Shown here one piece after another: positions 36,582 through 46,370 of a stretch of DNA of 64,000 nucleotides. Position 1 is the stretch's first letter. Each line of letters opens with the position of its first letter. The DNA comes from an uncultured Verrucomicrobiae bacterium. GTDB lineage: Bacteria; Verrucomicrobiota; Verrucomicrobiia; Chthoniobacterales; UBA10450. The notes beneath the pieces were generated by a model. The model made no database searches, had not been told where the DNA came from, and worked only from the letters and a program-made list of their open reading frames with translations. A program made the translations under genes and the position numbers. Where the stretch lies: assembly GCA_963815455.1 (NCBI GenBank), contig CAWFGO010000002.1, positions 512,001 to 576,000 of the forward strand, in the 5' to 3' direction.

Positions 36582-37895
36582 ATGGATCTTTCGATTGTTG
36601 GCTCTGGTTACGTCGGACTCGTCACGGGGGCGTGCTTTGCCGACGTCGGGCATAACGTAATTTGCGTCGATAACGATCCGCGAAAAATCGAAACCCTGCA
36701 GGCGGGCAAAGTGCCGATTTACGAACCGGGACTCGAAGACCTGATTCATCGCAACGTCTCCGCAAACCGGCTGCGTTTCACCGGCAGCATCGAAGAAGGC
36801 GTCGATAATTCGCAGATTGTTTTCATCGCCGTTCCCACGCCTCAGCAAGAAAGTGGCGATGTCGATCTTAGTTTCATCGAAAAAGTCGCGCGCGAGATCG
36901 CCCGGGTTCTGAAGAGCTATCGCGTGATCGTCGACAAGAGCACTGTTCCGGTAAAAACAGGTGAAAAGGTCGCCGAATCGATCAAACGCTACAATCGTCA
37001 TGGCGCGGAATTCGATGTCGTCAGCAATCCGGAATTTCTCCGCGAGGGCTGCGCAGTTCGCGACTTGATGCATCCGGATCGCATCGTCATCGGGGCCCAA
37101 AGCGAACACGCCATCGCTCTCATGAAGAAAGTCTATGAGCCTTTCATGGCGCCGATCCTTGTTACCGATATCAATAGCGCTGAGCTCATCAAACACGCAG
37201 CGAACTCGTTCCTGGCATTGAAGATTTCTTATATGAATGCAGTCTCGGCCATTTGCGAGGCCAGCGGCGCCGATGTCGAAAAAGTGGCGGATGGAATTGG
37301 AATGGATCGGCGCATCGGACGCGATTTCTTGAACGCAGGGATTGGATACGGCGGCTCCTGTTTTCCGAAGGATCTGGCCGCCTTTATCACGATTAGCGAG
37401 CAAATCGGCGTTCCGTTTCAATTGCTCAAGGAGGTGCAGCGCATAAACACCGGCCAGAAAGAGCGTTTCCTGAAAGCGATCCGGGACACGCTCTGGGTTT
37501 TGCGGGAGAAAAAAATTGCCGTCTGGGGCCTGACTTTTAAACCCGATACCGATGATATCCGCTCGTCCGTCGCGATTGATCTTGTGGCCGATCTTTTGCG
37601 CGAAGGCGCGCACGTCACTGGTTACGATCCGAAGGGGATGGAAAAGGCACGCGAAGTAAAGGCCATTGCAGGTGCGAAACTTACAGCCTCCGCTCTCGAT
37701 GCGGTGGAAGGCGCCGAAGCGCTGATCATCGCCACCGAGTGGAGCGAATTTGCCAACGTCGATCTCGCGGTGGTGAAAGCAAAGATGACGACGCCGATCG
37801 TGTTTGACGGACGCAATCTGTTTGATCCCGAGACGATGGGGCAGCTCGGCTTTCGGTATCATTCCATCGGCAGACCAAGCGTGAAACCACGCTAA
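36582..37895 (+). CDS. ugd: UDP-glucose/GDP-mannose dehydrogenase
   Basis: GSGYVGLV, FIAVPTP, KSTVPV, SNPEFLREG, GYGGSCFPKD and FKPDTDD motifs. Confidence 0.93.
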   Translation: MDLSIVGSGYVGLVTGACFADVGHNVICVDNDPRKIETLQAGKVPIYEPGLEDLIHRNVSANRLRFTGSIEEGVDNSQIVFIAVPTPQQESGDVDLSFIEKVAREIARVLKSYRVIVDKSTVPVKTGEKVAESIKRYNRHGAEFDVVSNPEFLREGCAVRDLMHPDRIVIGAQSEHAIALMKKVYEPFMAPILVTDINSAELIKHAANSFLALKISYMNAVSAICEASGADVEKVADGIGMDRRIGRDFLNAGIGYGGSCFPKDLAAFITISEQIGVPFQLLKEVQRINTGQKERFLKAIRDTLWVLREKKIAVWGLTFKPDTDDIRSSVAIDLVADLLREGAHVTGYDPKGMEKAREVKAIAGAKLTASALDAVEGAEALIIATEWSEFANVDLAVVKAKMTTPIVFDGRNLFDPETMGQLGFRYHSIGRPSVKPR

Positions 37896-37912
37896 ATTAA
37901 CGGCAATAACGT

Positions 37913-39177
37913 ATGGCGCAGCTCTCTGCTCGCCGCGCGGCCCTCGCCGCCCTTCGAACATGGCGCACGAAGACGCGCTTTGCCGATTCAATTATCTCGA
38001 AGCTCCTCGACGAGACAAACCTGGCAACGCCAGACCGCGGCTTCGTGCTCGAGCTGTTTTACGGCGTATGCGCAATCTGACTCTGCTTGATTTCTGGATC
38101 GACTGCCTGAGGCCGACTGCTGTTGATGTCGATCTTCGAGACATCCTGCGGCTCGGGATCTATCAACTCTTCTGTCTCAAGACGCCGGAGCACGCCGCCG
38201 TTTACGAATCGGTCGAACTCGCTCCCAAGCGCGGTCGGACAGTAATCAATGGAATCCTTCGCGCGGCAGCGCGCCGAAAGACCGAACTACGCTCGCGGGC
38301 GCAGGCGCAACCGCTGTTTGTCCGCACTTCGCATCCGCAATTTCTGGTTGAGCGCTGGCGGCAACAATTTGGCGCCAAGGCCACCGAAGCATTGTGCACG
38401 TGGAATAATGAACCGCCGTCGGTCTATGGCCGCATCAATCGATTGAAGATCGATCCCGAAACATTCCTGCAGCGTCATCCCAATGCGAAGGCGCTGTCAA
38501 ACGATCCAGATTTTGTCGAGTTTCATGCTTTCCCAAGTGATGCGCTTAATCGCGGCGATTGCTATATTCAGGACCCGAGCACCGCGATTGCCTGCCGGCT
38601 TCTCGATCCACGGCCCGGAGAAAAGATTCTGGACGTTTGCGCTGCTCCCGGCGGGAAGACAGGTCACATCGCGGAATTGATGAACAACAGTGGCCTAATC
38701 GTAGCCTGCGACCGCGGACCCGATCGCCTTCGCATCCTTACTGAAAACGTCGCCCGGCTTGGTCTCGGAATCGTCACTGTCCTTGAGAGCGATTGGGAGA
38801 GCGGTTGCGTGCCGGAGGCAATCGCATCGCTTGGTCCTTTCGATCGCATCCTGGTAGACGCGCCGTGCAGCAATACCGGGGTAATGCGCCGTCGCGTCGA
38901 TGTACGGTGGCGGTTACAACCCGCGGATTTCGCCCGCATGGCAAATCGGCAGCTCAAGGTATTGCGCGCGATCTTTCCTTTATTGAAACCTGGCGGCGTG
39001 CTTGTTTACAGCACTTGCAGTCTCGAGCCTGAAGAAAATGGGGAAGTCGTGCGCCATCTTGTTACCGAATTGCCAATCTTGCGCTTGGTGACGGAAAAAT
39101 GTTCCCTTCCGTTTCAAGACGGATTCGATGGCGCTTTCGCGGCCAAACTTATTCACGGCGCACAGGCGTCCCCCTGA
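37913..39177 (+). CDS. rsmB: 16S rRNA m5C967 methyltransferase RsmB/Sun with a 1-nt frameshift near 38068
   Basis: ATG 37913 gives MAQLSARRAAL...DRGFVLELFYGV, joining RNLTLLDFWI in the next frame; IQD, DVCAAPGGKT, DAPCSNTG and YSTCS motifs. Confidence 0.88.
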
Positions 39178-39214
39178 TTTGCATCCGACGCAGCTAGTGG
39201 AATCATAAACCCCT

Positions 39215-40321
39215 ATGCACGACGCCCGCTTTGATAAGCTCGCCAAAGTTCTGGTGGAATACTCCACCCGGCTCAAGCCCAACGAAAATGTCTTAATAGA
39301 GGCATTTGATGTTCCAGATGAGATGACGATTGCCTTGATTCGCGCGGCACGGAGAGCGGGAGCCTCCCCGTTTGTTCAAGTCCAGCGCGGCCGAATCAGT
39401 CGCGAACTGGCGATGGAGGCATCGGATCGACAACTGAACCTTGCCGCCCGCCACGAACTGGCCCGGATGAAAAAAATGGACGCATATATCGCGCTGCGGG
39501 GGAGTAACAACATTACCGAGCTATCCGATGTGCCGGTGGAGAAGCTCAAGCTGGTCGCGAAAAAAATGCGCCCGGTGCAGGACCATCGAGTCAAGAAAAC
39601 GAAGTGGGTGGTTTTGCGCTGGCCGACACCCTCGATGGCCCAGCTTGCCGGAATGAGCACGGAGGCGTTCGAGGATTTTTATTTCGATGTCTGCACACTG
39701 GACTACCGCAAGCTTCAACCCGGGATGAAGACCCTGAAGGCGCTAATGGAAAAGACCAATCGGGTCGTCGTGAAAGGACCGGGCACCGATCTCCGGTTCA
39801 GCATTAAGGGAATTGCCGCTATCATTTGCGGGGGCGATCGCAATATCCCCGACGGCGAGGTTTTCACCTGCCCGGTAAAGGACTCTGTTCAGGGACATGT
39901 GACATTCAACGCGCCGAGCATTTATCAAGGAACCGGTTTCGACGGGATCCGGCTGGAGTTTCGGGACGGCAAGATTGTCGATGCAACCAGCAACGAGACG
40001 AAAAAGCTGAACAAGATTCTCGATTCCGATCCCGGCGCGCGTTACATCGGAGAATTCTCGCTCGGATTTAATCCGCGAATCCTGCAACCAATGCGCGATA
40101 TTTTGTTCGACGAGAAGATTGCCGGCTCATTCCACTTTACGCCGGGACAAGCCTACGAGGAAGCGGACAACGGAAACCGCAGCCAGGTCCACTGGGACAT
40201 GGTCAGCATCCAGCGACCGGAATACGGCGGCGGCGAGATTTACTTCGACGGCAAGCTCATCCGGCGAAACGGCGAGTTTCTGCCGAAGCAATTGCGTTCG
40301 CTAAATCGAAGCAGATGGTAA
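39215..40321 (+). CDS. M29 aminopeptidase (AmpS/PepS-type)
   Basis: [41 protein letters not shown] motifs. Confidence 0.92.
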   Translation: MHDARFDKLAKVLVEYSTRLKPNENVLIEAFDVPDEMTIALIRAARRAGASPFVQVQRGRISRELAMEASDRQLNLAARHELARMKKMDAYIALRGSNNITELSDVPVEKLKLVAKKMRPVQDHRVKKTKWVVLRWPTPSMAQLAGMSTEAFEDFYFDVCTLDYRKLQPGMKTLKALMEKTNRVVVKGPGTDLRFSIKGIAAIICGGDRNIPDGEVFTCPVKDSVQGHVTFNAPSIYQGTGFDGIRLEFRDGKIVDATSNETKKLNKILDSDPGARYIGEFSLGFNPRILQPMRDILFDEKIAGSFHFTPGQAYEEADNGNRSQVHWDMVSIQRPEYGGGEIYFDGKLIRRNGEFLPKQLRSLNRSRW

Positions 40322-40334
40322 GCGCTCTGTTCGC

Positions 40335-43300
40335 TTAACCGCGTCTCTGGCCGTGTCCCGCCAGATTAAGCTGCATCATTCCGATATCCCCGCTGCCAGT
40401 CAGCTGGAGGTTGGCGATTTCGAACATCGGGGCACCTTCTCCGGCCGTTGGAGCCGGGCCAGGCAGCTGCACCAGGACCTGTTTCGAATTCGAATTCAGG
40501 ACAATGGAAGCAATCTCAAACGAGGGCGAAAATTCGACCGTTGTGATCTGGAAAGGCGCCGTTACCAAAACGGAAGCAGCTTGTCCTGACGGAGTGAGTT
40601 GGACCGGTGCAGCCTCGAAATTTACGAGCTGCAACCCAGCGACCGTAAACGAAGGCGAACCAGTTTGGGTTGGACGTTGTGCTTGAGTTGGGGTCAATCG
40701 GATGCTGCCAAGGGCTCCGCCCGCTGGCTGAATTTTCCCAATCTCGAATGTCACTTGCAGATTCATTCCCGGCTGTGGCTGCTGCGAAGGCGCCAAGCGC
40801 ATGGTAACGATCTTGGACGTCGGTCGCACTTGCAGCGCACCCATTTTGAATGTGGGTGTCAATTGCATCGAGGCGATCTCGAACGTGAAAGTGAGCTGCA
40901 CGGCAGTGTGCATTGCGCCAGCAGGCTGCGGCGCGCCACCAGCGGCTGGTCTGACGGTTGGGATTTGGATCGGTTCAGGCATGGTTACAGTTGTTATTGT
41001 TTGCTCTATTAAGGGCTCAGTGGAAAGGACACTCGTGTCAAACGCCGGGGTGTCAACTACCGCTTCGGCCGCGGACGTTTCCTCCCAAACGGGCATTTGG
41101 TAGGGGATTGGCTGCCCCTGTCCGATCGGTTCCAGTTCCGGCTCGATCGCGGGCTCGAAAACAGGCGACGCAATTGCCGATTCAACGACCGGCTCAGGCT
41201 CGATAAAAGGCGAGGGCGCAAATTCTGTGGCAGCCGGCATCTCGGTAGCCCACGAAACCGGCTCAGCCACGTCTGAAACTGCGGGCCATGTCGCCTCCAG
41301 CGCTTGGTCCACGACCGGTCCGACCGACTCGACCGCCAGCTCCTCGGCCGGCGGCATTTCGACGGCAGGCTCGGGCGCACGATAGGCGGGTTCTACGGTC
41401 CGACGAACAACCGGCTCCGGCGCGCGATAGGCAACCGGTTCCGCAACAGCACCAGCCGCAGCCGATGCGCCCCCCAGAGCGCGAGTAGCCTTGCCGGAAG
41501 GCAAAACACTGCGCCGCAAAGAAGGCTCCGACGCTTTCAATTGCAGCGAGACCTGGCGCGGTCCACCGCTCAGACGCTTGGCCACCGCGGGTCGATTCCC
41601 GGCTGCCGCGACCGGCAACGAGCCAACGCTAGGCCCCGAGGCCGGGGCAGTTTGGCCAAAAACTGGCACTTGTATGACGCCACGGCGATTCAATTCGGGA
41701 ATAATTACCCAGGCTAACAAAAACGTAGCGGCCAAAAGCGATCCGACGATGAGCAGCGTTCGTGGCGCCGTCATTCGATTCGCAGTCGCGGCAGCCTGTG
41801 ACGGTTCTGCCACGCGCGCGGGAGCGAGCGTTGTGGCGGGCGTGGCCGCGACCGGCGGCGCGGATTGCTCGGCTGCGGGGCTCGATTCCGCCACCGCCAA
41901 CTGCTCAGTTTCCGCCGCTGGCGAGGCTTCCGCCGCAACAGGAGTCGTTTCCACCATTGGCGACAAAGTGGGTGCGGGAGCGGCTGGCACCTCTTCCGGA
42001 CTTGCCGGCGTGCCCGCGGCTGAAGCGCTTCCCAGGTTTAGTCCCAACGCGGGAGATTCGGTTGCTTGCGATGTCGTTCCCTCTTTCCAGCTAACCAGCG
42101 GACTCACCGAAGATGCAGCTTTTGTTTCAGGCTTAGACTCCGGCTTGGATTCGATCTTCTCCGCTGTTGCCTCCGCCTTCGTTTCTTTCGGCAGTTTATT
42201 GGCCGCCAAAGCCGCGCCGGGAATCGGGCTGGGCTCGATCGCCGGGCTGGCTTCAGTTGGCGCCGACATGACAGTCGCGGCTTCGGCCGCAGGCGCGGGC
42301 CCTGCCGCAATGGCCGGCGTTTGCATCCAGCCCAAATCATAAAACGAATCCGCGAAAACATTGTTCAGCGCCGGCGAGTAAATCTTCTTGGCCGATGTCA
42401 CCCAGTCGCTCGCCTTGTTGGGATTGTTGTGCTTAAACTCCCAGGCCGCCTGCGCATAATAAAGAGCGGGCGTGTCGCCGGTAAATTGGAACTGCTCCAT
42501 CATCTTTTGCGCCCGGCTGTCCTTGCCTTCGAGCAACAGGGTCATGAAGATTTTGAACTTGAGGATTTGCGATGCCTGGTTCTTGTCGCCCCCTGGAGTT
42601 TGCTTCAACAGCGCTTCAAACCGGTCGCGGGCCTCCGCGTAGTCTTTTTTCTTGAATGGAATTTGCGCGAGATTGTATTGCGCCTCCCGGAATTTTGGAT
42701 CGATCTTGGCCGCCTTTTTGAAACTCGATTCCGCTTCGTCGAATTCGCTCTGCTCCACCAAAATTTCGCCGCGCAAATTTAGCGTGGCCGGCTGATTGGG
42801 TTCCGCCGCATCGGCTTCATCGATAAATTTTCGCGCCGACGTCAAGTCGCGTTGCTGAAAAGCTTGCTGCGCCTGTTCGAACCGCGACCGCGCAAACGCT
42901 TTCGTTTTTTCCGTCCGCTCCGCTGCGCTCGTCAACGGGATCGACGCGCGGGCCTGGCCGGCCGGCTTTTCCATCCAACCCACTTCGTACAACGATTCGG
43001 CAAACAGCTTGTTCAATTGCGGCGAAAAATTCTTCTCCGCCGCCGTCATCCAATCTTTGGCTTCTTTGGAATTGTTATGCTGAAACGCCAGGGCGGCATT
43101 CGCATAGTGAACGGCCGGTGTATCGGGCGAGAGTTCGAACTTGGCCAGAATCGAATCGACCATGTTCTCTTTGCCTTCGAGCAAATACGTTAGCAAAATT
43201 TTGTACTGAATCAGTTGGGCCGCTTCCCCTTCCAAATCCGATACGTTGCTGGAAAGCAATTTCTGAAAACGATCCCGCGCTTCCGGCCAGTCTTTTTTCA

Positions 43301-43625
43301 GGAACGGAATCTCAGCCAGGTTAAACCGCGCATTCCAAAACTTCGGATCGATCCGGACCGCTTCCTGCAGAGCTGTTTCCGCTTTGTCGTAAATGCCCTG
43401 CCGCATCAAAATAACGCCGCGCAGATTGTGCGATTCCGCCACGTCGGGTTGGCGCGCATCGATTTCGTCGAGTTGCTTTAAAGCCTCGGCGAAATTGTTC
43501 GCGTCAAACTCGCGAAACGCCTTCCCGTACATCGACTCCAGTTCCGATTTTGACGGAGCCACATTACTGGCCGCGAAGGAACTGAAAACCAATACCGTGA
43601 TTGCCGCGATTTTCCGAATCTTCAT
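40335..43625 (-). CDS. TPR membrane protein: duplicated TPR module, Pro/Ala linker, TM helix and repetitive beta-rich C-terminal domain
   Basis: Two similar TPR blocks (NLRG...IDPKF..A..NLA.IPF.KKD...DTPA..YA.AA), TM LLIVGSLLAATFLLAWVII, FEI-type repeats at the C-terminus. Confidence 0.8.
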   Translation of the reverse strand: MKIRKIAAITVLVFSSFAASNVAPSKSELESMYGKAFREFDANNFAEALKQLDEIDARQPDVAESHNLRGVILMRQGIYDKAETALQEAVRIDPKFWNARFNLAEIPFLKKDWPEARDRFQKLLSSNVSDLEGEAAQLIQYKILLTYLLEGKENMVDSILAKFELSPDTPAVHYANAALAFQHNNSKEAKDWMTAAEKNFSPQLNKLFAESLYEVGWMEKPAGQARASIPLTSAAERTEKTKAFARSRFEQAQQAFQQRDLTSARKFIDEADAAEPNQPATLNLRGEILVEQSEFDEAESSFKKAAKIDPKFREAQYNLAQIPFKKKDYAEARDRFEALLKQTPGGDKNQASQILKFKIFMTLLLEGKDSRAQKMMEQFQFTGDTPALYYAQAAWEFKHNNPNKASDWVTSAKKIYSPALNNVFADSFYDLGWMQTPAIAAGPAPAAEAATVMSAPTEASPAIEPSPIPGAALAANKLPKETKAEATAEKIESKPESKPETKAASSVSPLVSWKEGTTSQATESPALGLNLGSASAAGTPASPEEVPAAPAPTLSPMVETTPVAAEASPAAETEQLAVAESSPAAEQSAPPVAATPATTLAPARVAEPSQAAATANRMTAPRTLLIVGSLLAATFLLAWVIIPELNRRGVIQVPVFGQTAPASGPSVGSLPVAAAGNRPAVAKRLSGGPRQVSLQLKASEPSLRRSVLPSGKATRALGGASAAAGAVAEPVAYRAPEPVVRRTVEPAYRAPEPAVEMPPAEELAVESVGPVVDQALEATWPAVSDVAEPVSWATEMPAATEFAPSPFIEPEPVVESAIASPVFEPAIEPELEPIGQGQPIPYQMPVWEETSAAEAVVDTPAFDTSVLSTEPLIEQTITTVTMPEPIQIPTVRPAAGGAPQPAGAMHTAVQLTFTFEIASMQLTPTFKMGALQVRPTSKIVTMRLAPSQQPQPGMNLQVTFEIGKIQPAGGALGSIRLTPTQAQRPTQTGSPSFTVAGLQLVNFEAAPVQLTPSGQAASVLVTAPFQITTVEFSPSFEIASIVLNSNSKQVLVQLPGPAPTAGEGAPMFEIANLQLTGSGDIGMMQLNLAGHGQRRG

Positions 43626-43747
43626 AGAACGTCTATTACAACCCTTTCGCCCGACCCCTGACAAGCCTAAATTTGCCCTCGGGGGCAGGAAATTTTGGGT
43701 CCATTATAGACAGCACAAAACAGGCCTGCAACATTTTTACCATCCCA

Positions 43748-44548
43748 TCATAAAATCGGCCCTTTCTTCCCGGCGCTACCCCCTCCATCCCCATTGGCAC
43801 TTAAGAAGTTCAGGTTCGCCACAATCCGTAGCCCTTCCAGCGTCAGATTCGGCCGAATTACATCGATTTCCGGCAGCTTCGCCGCGAGCAACTTTGCGTA
43901 ACCGCCAGTCGCCGCGACGTGGACTTTTTGCCTCGGAAATTCCTCCGTCTTGATCCGCGTAATAATCGCGCGCACCAGCCCGCGATAACCAAACACCGCA
44001 CCGGATCGCATGGCCTCGATTGTCGATCTTCCAACCGCCCGGCGCGGCTCGCGCAAGGACAACCTGGGCAACAAGGCCGTGCGCTGATAGAGAAAATTCG
44101 TCATCGCTTCCAACCCGGGCGCGATGACTCCGCCGATGTAATTCTTGCGATTGGAAACAATATCGAACGTCACCGCCGTACCGAAGTCGACCACGATCGC
44201 GGGCCAGCCATACAGGGCCGCAACCGCTGCGGCATTCGCCAGCCGGTCCGCCCCGATGGTTTTCGGCGCCGGATAATCGATCCCGACGCCAAGCTTCAGT
44301 TTCCAGCCCAGCCAAAGCACTTTCGTTTTTCCGGCACCTTTTTTAACGACGCGATTTTTTTTCGGCACGACCGATGAGACAACAAGCATGTCGATCTTCC
44401 GTCGTCTTAGGATGCGGCGAAGATAATCGGCCGTCAGGTCATCGGTCGCGATCCGGACTGGGGGCGCCAGCCGCCGGCGAGAAGAAAAGGCCAGTTTCGT
44501 GAATGAATTGCTGATGTCGATCAACAGGTAACTCGACGCGCGCGCCAT
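43748..44548 (-). CDS. coaX: Type III pantothenate kinase
   Basis: LLIDISNS, SSVVP, IGADR, VVDFGTAVTFD, GGVIAPG and ATGG motifs. Confidence 0.93.
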   Translation of the reverse strand: MARASSYLLIDISNSFTKLAFSSRRRLAPPVRIATDDLTADYLRRILRRRKIDMLVVSSVVPKKNRVVKKGAGKTKVLWLGWKLKLGVGIDYPAPKTIGADRLANAAAVAALYGWPAIVVDFGTAVTFDIVSNRKNYIGGVIAPGLEAMTNFLYQRTALLPRLSLREPRRAVGRSTIEAMRSGAVFGYRGLVRAIITRIKTEEFPRQKVHVAATGGYAKLLAAKLPEIDVIRPNLTLEGLRIVANLNFLSANGDGGGSAGKKGPIL

Positions 44549-44662
44549 CTGTGCAATGCAGACACGGAACGCGGCACCACGTCAAGCCCGGTCGCCGCCG
44601 CGGAACACGCTTACCTGTCAGCAAACTTGCAGCGCTTGGACGCAACGCGTAGCCTCGATGCC

Positions 44663-45649
44663 GTGAGAAAATTGGTTCATCGGCCGCGCCGGTTGCGCCG
44701 CTCGCCGGCTTTGCGCAATCTGGTTCGCGAGACGACTCTGACCGCTCACGATTTTATCCTGCCCCTGTTTATCAGCGAAAAAATCGATAAGCGCCGCCCG
44801 ATCGCCAGCATGCCAGGTGTTTTTCAATTTTCAGTAAAGGAAATTGTCGATGAAGCACAACGCGCGCAGGACCTCGATCTCCAGGCGGTTTTGCTTTTTG
44901 GAATACCGGAAAAAAAGGACGAGCGAGCCAGCGGGGCCTATGCGAAGAACGGCGTCGTTCAACAAGCGCTGCGGGCGATCAAATCAAAATGTCCCGACCT
45001 CGTGGTGATCACCGATGTTTGTTTGTGCGAATACATGAGTCACGGTCACTGCGGCGTGACGCGCATCGACGGCGACCACTTTCATGTTCTAAACGATGAG
45101 ACTGTCGATCTTCTCGTCAAAACCGCGATCTCCCACGCCGAAGCTGGCGCAGACATGGTTGCGCCGAGCGACATGATGGATGGTCGCATCGGCGCGATTC
45201 GCCAGGGCCTCGATGCGAGCGGCTTCGATCAGACCGGCATTTTGAGTTACGCCGCCAAGTTTGCCTCGGCATTTTACGGTCCATTTCGCGAAGCGGCAGA
45301 AAATTCGCCGCAACTTGGCGATCGCCGTTCTTATCAGATGGACTATGCCAATGCCGACGAAGCATTGCGCGAGGTCGGTCTCGATGTCGATGAAGGCGCG
45401 GACATCGTGATGGTCAAACCGGCGTTGCCTTACATCGACATTCTCTGGCGCGCGCGCGAGCGCTTCGGCAAACCCACCGCCGTTTTTCACGTCAGCGGCG
45501 AATACGCAATGGTCAAAGCCGCTGCCGAGAAAGGCGTTGTTGATGAACGCGCGGCTGTGCTCGAGATCGCCACTGCGCTCAAGCGTGCGGGCGCCGATAT
45601 TATTGTCACCTATTGGGCCGCGGAGCTGGCGGAATGGACGCGGCAATAG
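44663..45649 (+). CDS. hemB: Porphobilinogen synthase
   Basis: RPRRLR, DVCLCEYMSHGHCG, APSDMMDGR, SYAAKFAS, MVKPA and VSGEY motifs. Confidence 0.95.
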   Translation: MRKLVHRPRRLRRSPALRNLVRETTLTAHDFILPLFISEKIDKRRPIASMPGVFQFSVKEIVDEAQRAQDLDLQAVLLFGIPEKKDERASGAYAKNGVVQQALRAIKSKCPDLVVITDVCLCEYMSHGHCGVTRIDGDHFHVLNDETVDLLVKTAISHAEAGADMVAPSDMMDGRIGAIRQGLDASGFDQTGILSYAAKFASAFYGPFREAAENSPQLGDRRSYQMDYANADEALREVGLDVDEGADIVMVKPALPYIDILWRARERFGKPTAVFHVSGEYAMVKAAAEKGVVDERAAVLEIATALKRAGADIIVTYWAAELAEWTRQ

Positions 45650-46362
45650 AGATCCGTCGCGGCGAAACAGCCGCCCACAGCCGTCTAAAGCGGATCGCGT
45701 TTCTTTGGGCCCAGGCTCAGCGCTATCGCGCGTGCGCGATTGAAGTGAGTTTACCGCAATGCCGCTATCGCGCTGACGTTGCGGCTTATCGAGCTGACCC
45801 GAACGGATCCGACTTAACTGCGATCTTCGAATGCAAACAAGCGTTGCCTGACTTGCGCCGGGACAATTGCCAGAGCGACGCGACGCGTCAGCGTCTCGAG
45901 ACCGTTTGCCAGCGCCGGCAAGTTCTCGAAAAACATCTGCGAATACACTTTCCAAATCTGCGCATCGCCGATTCTCTCTTCCCCGAATTTGATTCGCACG
46001 ATTTCGCCGCGATTCAGCACCACGGTTACGCTCGTGTCTTGCGCGAACTGAACGCGCTGCAAAATCGGCTATACGATTGCACGAAGTTCGACAAGTTAGT
46101 TCGTTATCGTTGCGCCAATCTGTTTTTTCTGGTTCTGCCTCACGAACTGTTTCGCGATTCGGAGATTCCAGTCGGCTGGGGAGCACTCGTCGAATCCGAC
46201 GGCACGCTCACGCTGGCTCGCAAACCTACGTTTCAGGAAAACACTCCCGAAGCTCGCTTGCGCCTGCTGCAACGAATCGCCGTCACCGGTACGCGCGCTT
46301 TGAATCGACAATTGGAGATCACGTTCGACGACGTGGTCGCGGTCCGTTCTCGATGTTGTTGA
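45634..46362 (+). CDS. Hypothetical protein with PD-(D/E)XK-like motif (MmcB-like)
   Basis: H..LK...EV.L...YRADVAAY...IFECKQ..PDL.RD; overlaps the hemB 3' end. Confidence 0.55.
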   Translation: MDAAIEIRRGETAAHSRLKRIAFLWAQAQRYRACAIEVSLPQCRYRADVAAYRADPNGSDLTAIFECKQALPDLRRDNCQSDATRQRLETVCQRRQVLEKHLRIHFPNLRIADSLFPEFDSHDFAAIQHHGYARVLRELNALQNRLYDCTKFDKLVRYRCANLFFLVLPHELFRDSEIPVGWGALVESDGTLTLARKPTFQENTPEARLRLLQRIAVTGTRALNRQLEITFDDVVAVRSRCC

Positions 46363-46370
46363 TGTCGACG

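Noticed and set aside
37913..38075. Programmed frameshift in rsmB
   Set aside because: No slippery sequence is evident; a single missing base is better explained by sequencing error.
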